A stretch of 51,841 bases of DNA from an archaeon (lineage in GTDB: Archaea; Nanobdellota; Nanobdellia; Pacearchaeales; GW2011-AR1), in assembly GCA_043811855.1 (NCBI GenBank), contig JBDRMT010000039.1, forward strand, positions 1-51,841, read 5' to 3'. Under the pieces are notes generated by a model. It saw only the letters and a program-made list of their open reading frames with translations. It had not been told where the DNA came from and did not search any database. A program made the translations under genes and the position numbers. Shown here piece after piece: positions 8,826 through 18,700 of the stretch (position 1 is the stretch's first letter; every line of letters begins with the position of its first letter).

Positions 8826-9761
8826 ATGGCAGAGAAAATATATGATATAAAGAGCTTAGGAGAAGTTAGGGAGAAGTTTGATGTAGTTGAGCTATCAAGA
8901 AAAATAAAGAAGCAAGGAGACGTTTTAATCCTTTCTAATGAGCTAAAAATTAAACCGAGAGTTATGAGCTTAGCTGTTGATGAGGGAAGAATCTTATCTC
9001 TTTTTTCAGGTATTCATAAGAGTAAAGCAGGGGTTTTGGCTAGATTGAGAACAGATAGAGAATTAATTAAATTTTCTAAAAAATATGATATTTATAATAT
9101 ATCTGTTCGAGATTTAATAAAATTAATTAATGAATGGAACAAGGATATTCAGAATAACCCTTTAATATTCCTTAGTCAAGAAGAACATGATTTGATTATT
9201 GGTAGTTTGTTAGGAGATGCAAGTATAAGACAAAGAGAGAAGAATTCTTGTTTTCGATTTTCTCATTCAATCAAACAAAAATATTATTCAGAACATAAGA
9301 GAGACATTTTAAAGAAATTTGGAATAACAGAGTTTAGAGAAGTTAAGAGAAAAATAAAAGATAATTTTATCTATGCTATTGATTTTTCTACTAGAACCCA
9401 TCCTGCTTTTAATTATTATAGAAATTTATTTTATAAAGATAGAAGGAAGGTTGTTAGTAAGGAATTATTAAATCAGTTAAATCCTAGAAGTTTGGCTTTT
9501 TGGGTTTGTGATGATGGAAGTTATAGTAGAACTCAAGGATATATTATTTTATGTACAAATTCTTTTAGTTTAGAAGAACATGAATTGATGAAAGAATTTT
9601 TTAATGATAGATTTGGATTGGATCCAACAATTGGTTTTAGAGATAAAAAATATTATTATTTAAGATTTAAAAAAGAAGATTCAGAGAAACTAATTAAGAT
9701 TATAAAACCTTTTATACCTAATTGTATGCAATATAAAATTGGAGGAGAGAATGGTAGATAA
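8826..9761 (+). CDS. Free-standing LAGLIDADG homing endonuclease (two-motif, LAGLIDADG_3-like) with an N-terminal extra domain
   Basis: 311 aa. Motif 1 is LIIGSLLGDASI and motif 2 is LAFWVCDDGSY. Its 3' end overlaps the gyrB ATG (9751) by 11 nt. Confidence 0.8.
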   Translation: MAEKIYDIKSLGEVREKFDVVELSRKIKKQGDVLILSNELKIKPRVMSLAVDEGRILSLFSGIHKSKAGVLARLRTDRELIKFSKKYDIYNISVRDLIKLINEWNKDIQNNPLIFLSQEEHDLIIGSLLGDASIRQREKNSCFRFSHSIKQKYYSEHKRDILKKFGITEFREVKRKIKDNFIYAIDFSTRTHPAFNYYRNLFYKDRRKVVSKELLNQLNPRSLAFWVCDDGSYSRTQGYIILCTNSFSLEEHELMKEFFNDRFGLDPTIGFRDKKYYYLRFKKEDSEKLIKIIKPFIPNCMQYKIGGENGR

Positions 9762-12700
9762 AAAAACAGATTATACTGCTAAGAATATTAAAGTTCTTCA
9801 AGGATTGGAGGCGGTAAGGCAGAGACCAAGTATGTATATAGGATCTACTGGCAAAGATGGTTTGCATCATTTAGTTTATGAAGTTGTTGATAATTCTATT
9901 GATGAGTGTTTAGCAGGTTTTTGTACTATTGTTGAGGTTACTATAAACAAGGATGGGAGTGTTACTGTTAAGGATAATGGAAGAGGTATTCCTGTTGATA
10001 TGCATTCTACTTATAAGAAATCTGCAGTTGAAGTTGCATTAACTAAATTGCATGCAGGAGGTAAGTTTGAAAAGAGTGCTTATCAAATTTCTGGTGGTTT
10101 GCATGGTGTAGGGGTTAGTGTTGTAAATGCATTATCAATAAAATTAAGTGTTAAAGTTTGTAGGGATGGAAAGATCCATCAACAAGAGTATAAGATTGGA
10201 AAACCAAATTATTCATTAAAAGTTGTTGGAAAATGTGGTAAGGATGAAACAGGAACTGAAATAACTTTTTATCCTGATAAAGATATTTTTTCAACTCTTG
10301 ATTTTGATTTTGCTGTTTTAAGAAAAAGAATACAAGAGATTGCATTTTTAAATCCTGTTAAAATTACATTAAAAGATGAGAAACATGGAAAAAAAGAAGT
10401 TTTTCATTATACAGGAGGATTAATTGAGTTTATTAATCATATAAATAAAAGTAAGGGAGTTTTGCATAAACCTATTTATTTTAAAAGACAGGAAAATTCT
10501 ACTATTGTTGAAGTTGCTCTTCAATATACAGATAGTTATAATGAAAATATTTTTGGATTTGTTAATACAATTAACACAACAGAAGGAGGAACTCATGTTT
10601 CTGGATTTAAAACTGCATTGACAAGAGCAATTAATGATTATGTTGCAAAAAAAGGATTATTAAAAAATGAAAAGTTGTCTGGAGATGATACTAGGGAAGG
10701 TTTAACTGCTATTATTAATATTAAGATGAGTGAACCTCAGTTTGAAGGGCAAACTAAAACTAAACTTGGTAATAGTGAGATGAAAGGGCTTGTAGATTCT
10801 TTAGTTTATGTTGCTTTTTCTGAGTTTTTAGAAGAAAATCCAAGTGTTTCAAATAAGATTGGACAAAAGGTTGTTGCTAGTGCAAAAGCTAGAAGTGCTG
10901 CTAGAAAGGCTAGAGACTTAGTTAGAAGGAAGAATGCAATGGGAGGGTTGTCTGGTTTGCCTGGTAAATTATCTGATTGTTCATCAAAGAAATTTGAAAG
11001 AACAGAACTTTATATTGTTGAGGGAGATTCAGCAGCTGGTTGTTTTTCAGGAGAGACTGAAGTAGTATTAGTTGATGGAAGGAGTATATCTTTTAAACAA
11101 CTTGTTAAAGAGGATAGTGAAGGAAAAGATAATTTTTGTTACACTATAAAAAATAATGGAACTATTGGAATTGGGAAAATAAAATATCCTAGAGTAACTA
11201 AAGAAAATACTGATGTAATTAAAATTGTTTTAGATAATAATAAGGAGATAATCTGTACACCTAATCATAAGTTTATGCTTAGGGATGGAAAATATAAAGA
11301 AGCAAAAGATTTAACAAAAGAAGATTCACTTATGCCTTTAAATAGAAAAATATCTAAGATTGGTGGAAGGATTACTATTGATGGTTATGAAATGGTATGG
11401 GATAATAAAAAGAAATTATGGATTTTTACACATTTATTAGCAGATGATTATAATTTGGAAAATGAGGTTTATGATAAAAAACAGGGAGATTCAAGGCATC
11501 ATATTAATTATAACAAACTTAATAATAATCCTAATAATATAGTTAGAATAAAGAGAGAAGATCATTTATTACATCATGCTGAGCACTTGGAAAAAGTATT
11601 ACATAGAGATGATGTTAAAGAAAAAGCCAGACAAGCTCATAAAACTCCGGAGTATAGAGAAAAAATTAAAAATTGGAGAAGGCAACCAGAAGTTAAGGAA
11701 ATGTTTTCTAATATTTCTAAAAATTTAATGAAAGATGAAAAATATAAAAAGAATTTAATGAAAAATTATATTAATTTTTATAATTCTGATGAAGAGTATA
11801 GAAAAGCTAATAATAAAAGATTAAATGATGCTCAGAAAAAATATTGGTCAGAATCTGAGAATATAAAAAAAGCATCTGAAAAAGTAAGAAAGTTTTTTGA
11901 GGAGAATCCTGATGCTAAGGAATATTTATCAAGTCTTGCAAAAGAGCAATGGAAAGATGAGGCTTTGATTATTTGGAGAAGGGAAAAAACTAGAGAGCAG
12001 TGGACTCCAGAGTTTAGAGAGAAACGGAAGATTGCTTATAATAAAACTTATTATAAAAAGACAATTAAATTAATGAAAGAAGTTGTAGAAGAGTTTGGAG
12101 ATTTAAATAATTTTGATGAGATTAGAATAAATAAAGGCGATAGAACTATTTTAAGTATGAAAACATTTTCTTCAAGGTTTTTTGAAGATAGTCCTTTAGA
12201 TATGTTAGAATCAGTTAAAAACTATAATCATAAAATAAAAAATATTTTTAAGTTAAATGAGAAGATTGATGTATATGATTTAGAGGTTGAAGATACTCAT
12301 AATTTTGCACTTGCATCAGGGGTTTTTGTTCATAATAGTTCAAAAATGGCAAGAGATAAAGAATTTCAAGCTATTTTACCTTTGAAAGGTAAGATTTTAA
12401 ATGTTGAAAAATCAAACCCAACTAAAGCCTTGAGTAGTGAGGAAATAATTAACTTAATTACTGCTATTGGAACTGGTGTTAAGGAAAATTTTGATTTAAA
12501 GAGGTTAAGATATAATAAAGTAATAATTATGACAGATGCAGATGTTGATGGTCAGCATATTATGACTTTGTTATTAACATTTTTTTATAGATATATTCCA
12601 GAATTAATTGAAAATGGAAATATTTATGTTGCTGTAAGTCCGTTGTTTAGAGTTAGAAAGAAAAAAGATTATTATGTTTATAGTGATGATGAGTTAAAAA

Positions 12701-12939
12701 GATTATTAGCAAAGTTAGGTGGTAAAGCTGATGTTCAAAGATTTAAAGGTTTAGGAGAGATGAATGCTCAGCAGTTATGGGATACTACTATGGATCCTAA
12801 GAAAAGAATTTTAAAGAAAATCCATATTGATGATGCTGTTATTGCTGATGAGACATTTACAATGTTAATGGGAGATGTGGTAGGTCCTAGAAGGAAGTTT
12901 ATTGAAACAAATGCTAATATTGCAGAGGTGGATATATGA
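9751..12939 (+). CDS. gyrB: DNA gyrase subunit B, interrupted by an intein
   Basis: It has GLEAVRQRPSMYIG, HHLVYEVVDNSIDE (GHKL ATPase), EGDSAAG|intein|SSKMARDKEFQAILPLKGKILNVEK (Toprim), IMTDADVDGQHI and KGLGEM. I start it at the ATG at 9751, preceded by ggaggaga. The track begins at a TTG at 9739. Confidence 0.95.
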   Translation: MVDKKTDYTAKNIKVLQGLEAVRQRPSMYIGSTGKDGLHHLVYEVVDNSIDECLAGFCTIVEVTINKDGSVTVKDNGRGIPVDMHSTYKKSAVEVALTKLHAGGKFEKSAYQISGGLHGVGVSVVNALSIKLSVKVCRDGKIHQQEYKIGKPNYSLKVVGKCGKDETGTEITFYPDKDIFSTLDFDFAVLRKRIQEIAFLNPVKITLKDEKHGKKEVFHYTGGLIEFINHINKSKGVLHKPIYFKRQENSTIVEVALQYTDSYNENIFGFVNTINTTEGGTHVSGFKTALTRAINDYVAKKGLLKNEKLSGDDTREGLTAIINIKMSEPQFEGQTKTKLGNSEMKGLVDSLVYVAFSEFLEENPSVSNKIGQKVVASAKARSAARKARDLVRRKNAMGGLSGLPGKLSDCSSKKFERTELYIVEGDSAAGCFSGETEVVLVDGRSISFKQLVKEDSEGKDNFCYTIKNNGTIGIGKIKYPRVTKENTDVIKIVLDNNKEIICTPNHKFMLRDGKYKEAKDLTKEDSLMPLNRKISKIGGRITIDGYEMVWDNKKKLWIFTHLLADDYNLENEVYDKKQGDSRHHINYNKLNNNPNNIVRIKREDHLLHHAEHLEKVLHRDDVKEKARQAHKTPEYREKIKNWRRQPEVKEMFSNISKNLMKDEKYKKNLMKNYINFYNSDEEYRKANNKRLNDAQKKYWSESENIKKASEKVRKFFEENPDAKEYLSSLAKEQWKDEALIIWRREKTREQWTPEFREKRKIAYNKTYYKKTIKLMKEVVEEFGDLNNFDEIRINKGDRTILSMKTFSSRFFEDSPLDMLESVKNYNHKIKNIFKLNEKIDVYDLEVEDTHNFALASGVFVHNSSKMARDKEFQAILPLKGKILNVEKSNPTKALSSEEIINLITAIGTGVKENFDLKRLRYNKVIIMTDADVDGQHIMTLLLTFFYRYIPELIENGNIYVAVSPLFRVRKKKDYYVYSDDELKRLLAKLGGKADVQRFKGLGEMNAQQLWDTTMDPKKRILKKIHIDDAVIADETFTMLMGDVVGPRRKFIETNANIAEVDI
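11041..12336 (+). mobile_element. GyrB intein (432 aa) with an HNH-type endonuclease domain
   Basis: It runs from Cys1 CFSGETEVV to the terminal VFVHN, followed by the +1 Ser. Block B is CTPNHKF. The HNH-like stretch is GDSRHHINYNKLNNNPNNIVRIKREDHLLHHAEH (about 11490-11590), followed by K/E/W-rich repeats. It is in frame with both exteins. Confidence 0.9.
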
Positions 12940-13328
12940 AAATACAATTAGCTTATAAAATGACTGGAGAAAATAGAGAAGAAGTAATTGAAATGCTTAA
13001 GGAGATAAAGAGTATTTTAGAAGAAAAAAGCAATGAAGTTTATGTTCCTGAGTTAAATCCAGATAGACCTAAAACTAAGAAAGAACTTTATCTAGATACA
13101 TTAAGAAAACTAGATAGTGCTGATGTTTTATTAGCTATTATTAAATCTGATGATAAAAGTGAAGGTATGTTAATGGAGATAGGTTATGCTATGGGAAAAG
13201 ATAAGAAAGTTGTTACAGCTATTTGGGATTGTGTTAAACAGACACACTTAAGAGAGTTAGCTAACCAGGTTATTGAGTTTAATAATATTGATAATTTATA
13301 TAAAAAATTAAAGGAGGTGGATATATAA
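12936..13328 (+). CDS. Nucleoside 2-deoxyribosyltransferase-like small protein
   Basis: 130 aa. SADVLLAIIKSDDKSEGMLMEIGYAMGKDKKV resembles the E-x-G-[YW]-A core of this fold. It has an ATGA overlap with the gyrB stop. Confidence 0.4.
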   Translation: MKIQLAYKMTGENREEVIEMLKEIKSILEEKSNEVYVPELNPDRPKTKKELYLDTLRKLDSADVLLAIIKSDDKSEGMLMEIGYAMGKDKKVVTAIWDCVKQTHLRELANQVIEFNNIDNLYKKLKEVDI

Positions 13329-13329
13329 A

Positions 13330-13713
13330 ATGAAAGAAGATTTTAATAAATTAAAAATAAGAATAGATGAAGAAGATTATGCTGTTGTAAGGACTAATAA
13401 GATTTATTCAGATGCATTTGCTAATATTAAACATAAGAAAGAGATTACAGTTATTATTGATCAAACTAAGATTCATGAAGAAGATATAATTGAAATTGAA
13501 AAAGATTGGAAGCTTATTACTTTTGATACTATTTTAGGACTTAGTTTAGTTGGTTTTGTAGCTAAAATATCAGAGGTTTTAGCAAAAGAAAAAATGAGTA
13601 TTTTTGTTTTATCTTCGTATTTTACAGACCATGTTCTTGTTAAGAAAAAGGATTTAGATAAAGCTGTTGAAGCATTAAATAAACTTGGAGTTAAAGTTAA
13701 GAAAAAATATTAA
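13330..13713 (+). CDS. ACT-domain protein
   Basis: 127 aa. The C-terminal half, ITFDTILGLSLVGFVAKISEVLAKEKMSIFVLSSYFTDHVLVKKKDLDKAVEAL, is a typical ACT beta-alpha-beta-beta-alpha-beta signature. Confidence 0.5.
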   Translation: MKEDFNKLKIRIDEEDYAVVRTNKIYSDAFANIKHKKEITVIIDQTKIHEEDIIEIEKDWKLITFDTILGLSLVGFVAKISEVLAKEKMSIFVLSSYFTDHVLVKKKDLDKAVEALNKLGVKVKKKY

Positions 13714-14085
13714 ATGGAAATAATAAAACCAGAAGTACATGAAAAAGCTTGGGGATTTGAAGAATGGGTTGCAAATAGAGATTATTGTGGGAAGATTATG
13801 CTTTTGAAAAAGGGATTTAGATGTAGTATTCACTATCATAAAAATAAAGATGAAACTTTTTATATTTTAAGTGGAAAAGTTTTATTTGAGTTAGGAGATG
13901 AGAAAGCAATTATGGTTCAAGGGGATGTTATTTTAGTTGAACCTGGAGTTAAACATAGATTTACTGGTTTAGAGGATTCAAAAATAATAGAGTTTTCAAG
14001 TCATCATGAAGATGATGATAGTTATAGAGATACTGAAAGTGGTAGTGTAGATTTAAGTGAATTAGATTTGGAGGTATTAGAATAA
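13714..14085 (+). CDS. Cupin-domain protein (type II phosphomannose-isomerase-like cupin)
   Basis: 123 aa. It has EKAWGFEEW, SIHYHKNKDETFYILSG and GDVILVEPGVKHRF, which are cupin motifs 1 and 2. Confidence 0.65.
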   Translation: MEIIKPEVHEKAWGFEEWVANRDYCGKIMLLKKGFRCSIHYHKNKDETFYILSGKVLFELGDEKAIMVQGDVILVEPGVKHRFTGLEDSKIIEFSSHHEDDDSYRDTESGSVDLSELDLEVLE

Positions 14086-14086
14086 A

Positions 14087-14275
14087 ATGAGCATAGAAGA
14101 TTTAAGATTTCAATTAGCAGTGAGAGAATTAGGTCCCTTTAAGAAATTTTTAATGGCAGATGGGACTTGGGTACCTATAACTGAAAGGGTTGGACCTTAT
14201 TGTGAAAAAGGTGGTTGTTTTTGTGATCAAACTTATGAGGAACATGAATGTGTTCAATGTAGTTATAATAATTAA
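14087..14275 (+). CDS. Small Cys/His-rich hypothetical protein (possible Zn-binding)
   Basis: 62 aa. It contains [20 protein letters not shown] and is tightly packed between the cupin gene and gyrA. Confidence 0.4.
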   Translation: MSIEDLRFQLAVRELGPFKKFLMADGTWVPITERVGPYCEKGGCFCDQTYEEHECVQCSYNN

Positions 14276-14277
14276 AA

Positions 14278-17200
14278 ATGGTAGATGAAGAAGAACAAGA
14301 AACATTAGAAGAGGATAAAGAAGATGAAATAATTGAAGAAGAAAATGAAAATAATGGAGATTCTAATGGAAATGGAAATGGTAATGGAAAAGGAAATGGG
14401 GTTGAAATAGAACATTTAGAAAGAACAGATTTAAATTTAAAAGATTTAGATGAAAATAGAGTTTTAGGAAGTGAGATTACTCATGAAATGAAAAAAGCAT
14501 ATATTGATTATGCTATGAGTGTAATTGTTAGTCGTGCATTGCCTAGTGTTGAAGATGGATTAAAACCAGTCCATAGAAGAATATTATATGCAATGAAGGC
14601 TATGGGGTTGGAAAAGGGAATGACTAAGAAAAGTGCTAGAATTGTTGGAGATACAATGGGTAAGTTTCATCCTCATGGTGATATGGCTATTTATGATTCA
14701 ATGGTTAGAATGGCTCAACCTTTTTCATTAAGATATCCTTTGGTTCATGGACAGGGTAATTTTGGTTGTTTTACAGCAGATACAAAGGTTAAACTTGTTG
14801 ATGGAAGAAATTTATCTTTTATAGATTTGATAAAAGAGAATAAAGAAGGTAAAAGAAATTTTACTTATACTATTAATGCAGATAAAAGAGTTTGTATTGC
14901 TGAAATAAAAAATCCAAGAAAAACTAAGATTAATACAGAGATTATTAAGGTTATTTTAGATAATGGAGAGGAAATTAAGTGTACTCCCAATCATAAATTC
15001 ATGTTAAAGGAGGGTAGTTATAAAGAAGCTCAGTTTTTAAAATCTGGAAATTCTCTAATGCCTGCTTATTTTAGATTATCTACTAAAGAGGATAGTCATA
15101 AGGCAGTGGGATATAATATGGTGTTTCAACCTCAATCAGATTCATGGGATTTTACTCATATTTTATCTGATCAATGGAATCTTAATGATAATATCTATCA
15201 AAAATCAACAGGTAGAATTAGACATCATATAGATTTTAATAAATTAAATAATAATCCCGATAATATTAGGAGAATGAATTGGAAAGAGCATTGGCAAACT
15301 CATTATAATTTTACTTCTGAAAAACATAAAAATGATCCAGAATATAGAAAAAAACTAGCAAAAGGTAGGGAAGAATTTTGGAATAATAATGATAATAGAG
15401 AAGCTTATTCTAAAAGGATGTCAGAGAGAAATCTTAAAAATTGGAAAAAAAAGGATTATAGAGATAAGATGAAAATAACTTTAAGTGAAGTTAATAGAAA
15501 ATATTTAGAAGAACATCCTGAAAGAATTGAAGAGATTAGAAGAACAGCTTCAATTACTTTTAGTAAGATGTGGAAGATTTCTAAGTATAGAGATTTGTTT
15601 AATAAGAAGATTGTTGCAAGTAATAAAAGACGAAAAACTAATCTTACAGGAAAAAGGAAGTTTTTGAATATATGTAATTATATGAAAAGTAATAATCTTT
15701 TATTAACTAAAGAAAATTATGAGAAAGTGAGGGTTGAGGTTTTTGGAGGAAAGAATTTTACAACTTGGGATTTTGGATTAGAGAAATATTATGAAGATGA
15801 TAAAAATTTATTATTATGTGAAATAAACAAAAATCATAAGGTTGTAAGTATTGAATTTTTAAATGAATTTACAGATGTTTATGATTTAACAATTGATAAT
15901 AGTCATAATTTTGCTCTTGCTTCAGGAGTTTTTGTTCATAATTCAATGGATGGAGATAGTGCTGCAGCATCAAGATATACAGAAGCTAAACTTGCAAAAA
16001 TTTCTATTGAATTATTACAAGATATTGATAAAGAAACTGTTAAATTTGTTCCTAATTTTGATAATTCACTAAAAGAACCTGTTGTTTTGCCTGGAAAATT
16101 ACCAAATTTACTAATAAATGGAAGTTCAGGAATTGCAGTTGGTATGACTACAAATATTCCACCTCATAATTTAGTTGAAGTTTGTGATGCAATAACTGCT
16201 GTTATAAATAAGCCTAAAATTACAACAGATGAGTTAATGGATATAGTTAAAGGTCCTGATTTTCCTACTGGAGGAAAAATTGTTGCTGAAAATCTAAAAG
16301 ATCTTTATGAAAAAGGAAAGGCTGGTTTTGTTATTAGGGGAAAAGTTACAACAGAAGAAAAAAAGAATAAAGAATTAATTGTTATAACTGAAATTCCTTA
16401 TCAAGTTAATAAATCAGATTTAGTTAAGCAGATTGCTGAACTTGTTAGAGATAAGAAGCTTTCTGAGATTTCAGATCTTAGAGATGAAAGTAGTAAGGGA
16501 AATGTTAGAATTGTTATTGAGGTAAAAAAAGGAGCTAATAGTCAGTTTACAATAAATAGGTTATATAAATCCACTAAATTACAAACTAGATTTGATGCTG
16601 TTTTAGTTGCATTAGAAGCAGGAATTCCTAAAACTTTCACATTAAGAAAAATAATTGATTCTTATATTAAATATAGAAGAAGGATTATTAGAAAAAGAAC
16701 AGAGTTTGATTTAAGAAAAGCAGAAGATAGGTTGCATATTGTTGAGGGCTTGCTTATGGCACTAAAACAATTAGATGCTATTATTGAAACTATTAAAAAA
16801 AGCAGAACAACATTAGAAGCATCTGAAGCTTTGCAAAAGAAATTTAAACTTTCTAAAAAGCAGGCTGAAGCTATTTTAGAGATTACTTTGAAGCAACTAA
16901 CATCTTTAGAAAGAGAAAGACTGCAAAAAGAAGAAAAAGACTTAAAAGAATTAATTGAAAAGTTAAAAAAGATTTTAGCTGATGAAGGAGAGATTTTAAA
17001 AATAATTAAACTTGACTTAAGTGAGTTAAAAAGAAATTATGGAGATAATAGAAGAAGCACTATAATCAAGACTATTAAGGAAATTAATGAAAAAGATTTA
17101 GTTCAGAAGAAAGATGTCATTATAACAATTACAGAGAAAGGTTATATTAAAAGAATGCCATTTAGAGCTTATAATGAGCAAAAGAGAGGAGGAAGAGGAG

Positions 17201-18075
17201 TTATAGGAGCTGAGTTGACAAGTGAGGATTTTGTTAAAAAATTAATTAGTTGCTCAACTCATGATTATTTATTATTATTTACAGCTCGTGGAAGAGTATT
17301 TTGGTTAAAAGCATATAAAGTTCCTGAAACTCAGAGATATGGTAAAGGACAGGCAATTGTTAATCTGTTAAGTATTAAGGATGATAGTATTACTAATGTA
17401 ATTGCTGTTAAGGAGTTTAAAGATTATTTGTTTATGGCTACTAGGAAAGGACAGGTTAAGAAAATTAAGTTAGAATTGTTTTCTAAACCAAGAAATGCAG
17501 GTGTTAGAATAATTAATCTTCCAAATGATAATAGTGATGAAGTTGTTGGGATTAAAGAAGTTAAGGGTAAGCAAGAAGTAATGTTAATAAGTGAGAAAGG
17601 TCAGGCTATTAGATTTAATTCAGATGATGTTAGAGATATGGGAAGAGCAAGCTATGGTGTTACAGGAATTAAGTTAGGAAAGGACGATAAGGTTGTTAGT
17701 TTGGAAATTGTTGAAGATGTTAAAGATTCTATTTTAACAATTACTCAAAAAGGGTATGGTAAAAGAAGCAGGATTGAAGATTATAGATTAACAGGAAGAG
17801 CTGGTAAGGGAGTTATTAATCTTAAGATAGGAGAAAAAACAGGAAATGTTGTTGGAACTATTGATGTTATTGATAAAGAAAAGTTTGTTGTTTCAACTAA
17901 AAAAGGAATTGTTATAAAAACAAGTGTTAAAGATATTAGGATTATGGGAAGAGCAACATCTGGTGTTAGAATAATTAAGCTTCAGCAAGGAGATAGAGTA
18001 AGTGCTATTTCAAAGTTAATGGAAGATAAAGAAGTTGTTGAGAATGGTGATGGTGGTGAGGAAAATGGAAATTGA
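14278..18075 (+). CDS. gyrA: DNA gyrase subunit A, interrupted by an intein; acidic/NG-repeat N-terminal extension
   Basis: It has [42 protein letters not shown]|intein|[17 protein letters not shown] (catalytic Tyr motif intact) and C-terminal beta-pinwheel repeats (GGRGV, RAGKGV). Confidence 0.95.
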   Translation: MVDEEEQETLEEDKEDEIIEEENENNGDSNGNGNGNGKGNGVEIEHLERTDLNLKDLDENRVLGSEITHEMKKAYIDYAMSVIVSRALPSVEDGLKPVHRRILYAMKAMGLEKGMTKKSARIVGDTMGKFHPHGDMAIYDSMVRMAQPFSLRYPLVHGQGNFGCFTADTKVKLVDGRNLSFIDLIKENKEGKRNFTYTINADKRVCIAEIKNPRKTKINTEIIKVILDNGEEIKCTPNHKFMLKEGSYKEAQFLKSGNSLMPAYFRLSTKEDSHKAVGYNMVFQPQSDSWDFTHILSDQWNLNDNIYQKSTGRIRHHIDFNKLNNNPDNIRRMNWKEHWQTHYNFTSEKHKNDPEYRKKLAKGREEFWNNNDNREAYSKRMSERNLKNWKKKDYRDKMKITLSEVNRKYLEEHPERIEEIRRTASITFSKMWKISKYRDLFNKKIVASNKRRKTNLTGKRKFLNICNYMKSNNLLLTKENYEKVRVEVFGGKNFTTWDFGLEKYYEDDKNLLLCEINKNHKVVSIEFLNEFTDVYDLTIDNSHNFALASGVFVHNSMDGDSAAASRYTEAKLAKISIELLQDIDKETVKFVPNFDNSLKEPVVLPGKLPNLLINGSSGIAVGMTTNIPPHNLVEVCDAITAVINKPKITTDELMDIVKGPDFPTGGKIVAENLKDLYEKGKAGFVIRGKVTTEEKKNKELIVITEIPYQVNKSDLVKQIAELVRDKKLSEISDLRDESSKGNVRIVIEVKKGANSQFTINRLYKSTKLQTRFDAVLVALEAGIPKTFTLRKIIDSYIKYRRRIIRKRTEFDLRKAEDRLHIVEGLLMALKQLDAIIETIKKSRTTLEASEALQKKFKLSKKQAEAILEITLKQLTSLERERLQKEEKDLKELIEKLKKILADEGEILKIIKLDLSELKRNYGDNRRSTIIKTIKEINEKDLVQKKDVIITITEKGYIKRMPFRAYNEQKRGGRGVIGAELTSEDFVKKLISCSTHDYLLLFTARGRVFWLKAYKVPETQRYGKGQAIVNLLSIKDDSITNVIAVKEFKDYLFMATRKGQVKKIKLELFSKPRNAGVRIINLPNDNSDEVVGIKEVKGKQEVMLISEKGQAIRFNSDDVRDMGRASYGVTGIKLGKDDKVVSLEIVEDVKDSILTITQKGYGKRSRIEDYRLTGRAGKGVINLKIGEKTGNVVGTIDVIDKEKFVVSTKKGIVIKTSVKDIRIMGRATSGVRIIKLQQGDRVSAISKLMEDKEVVENGDGGEENGN
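14767..15942 (+). mobile_element. GyrA intein (392 aa) with an HNH-type endonuclease domain, paralogous to the GyrB intein
   Basis: It runs from [14 protein letters not shown] to [23 protein letters not shown], followed by the +1 Ser. Block B is CTPNHKF. The HNH-like stretch is [31 protein letters not shown] (about 15220-15303). Confidence 0.9.
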
Positions 18076-18607
18076 AATAAAGGCTAAATTAGATAATAAG
18101 GAAGAAATTCTAAAAAAACTTAAAGAGTTGGGGTGGGAGGCTGGAGAGGAAATTGAAGAAAATGATATTTATCATGTATCTAAGGATGTTATAGGTAGAG
18201 TGAGGGGACCTGGTGATTTTATTTTAAGAGTAAGAAGTTCTTCAAAAGGTAATTTTCTTACATTTAAGGCATTTACTGATACAAGAGGGGTTTGGGAAGA
18301 GTATGAAACTGAGATTTCTGATGTAGAAAGTATTAGGAAGATTTTACTTAAAGCAGGTTTTGTAGAAGACATGGTTATAAATAAAAAAAGAATAAAAGGT
18401 AAGATTGATGATATGGAAGTTTGTATTGATGATTTAAATATAATTGGACCACATATTGAATGTGAGTTAATATCTGATGACAAAGAATCTGCTATAGAAA
18501 GATTATCTAATTTTTTAAAATCTCTTGGAATAACAGAAGACAATTTTGAACGTAGGGGTTATGGTGAGATTTTTGGAGAAATGAAGGGGATTAAGTTTAA
18601 TCAATAA
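18065..18607 (+). CDS. CYTH-domain protein (CyaB-type class IV adenylate cyclase / triphosphatase family)
   Basis: It has an N-terminal MEIEIKAKL (ExExK signature). The ATG at 18065 is preceded by ggtgagg and overlaps the gyrA 3' end. The track ORF starts earlier, at 18035. Confidence 0.7.
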   Translation: MEIEIKAKLDNKEEILKKLKELGWEAGEEIEENDIYHVSKDVIGRVRGPGDFILRVRSSSKGNFLTFKAFTDTRGVWEEYETEISDVESIRKILLKAGFVEDMVINKKRIKGKIDDMEVCIDDLNIIGPHIECELISDDKESAIERLSNFLKSLGITEDNFERRGYGEIFGEMKGIKFNQ

Positions 18608-18700
18608 TAATTAGTTTTTCTTTTTATGACTTTTTAATCAAAACATTTATAAACTATGGTATCTATAGTAACTATAGTATCTATGGGATGTAAGATTAAA

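Noticed and set aside
9739-9750. Upstream TTG/GTG-extended starts given by the ORF track for gyrB (9739), and likewise at 3675, 18035, 18656, 28043, 35136, 35231 and 44699
   Set aside because: In each case an in-frame ATG with a better RBS or operon context lies downstream. The extension either overlaps the neighbouring gene or adds non-conserved residues ahead of the recognisable N-terminus.
10151-10345. 64-aa minus-strand ORF inside gyrB
   Set aside because: It is antisense to the GyrB ATPase domain and has no motifs.
18172-18543. 123-aa minus-strand ORF
   Set aside because: It lies entirely antisense to the CYTH-domain gene, which has the ExExK signature. The product is Ser/Ile-rich low complexity.
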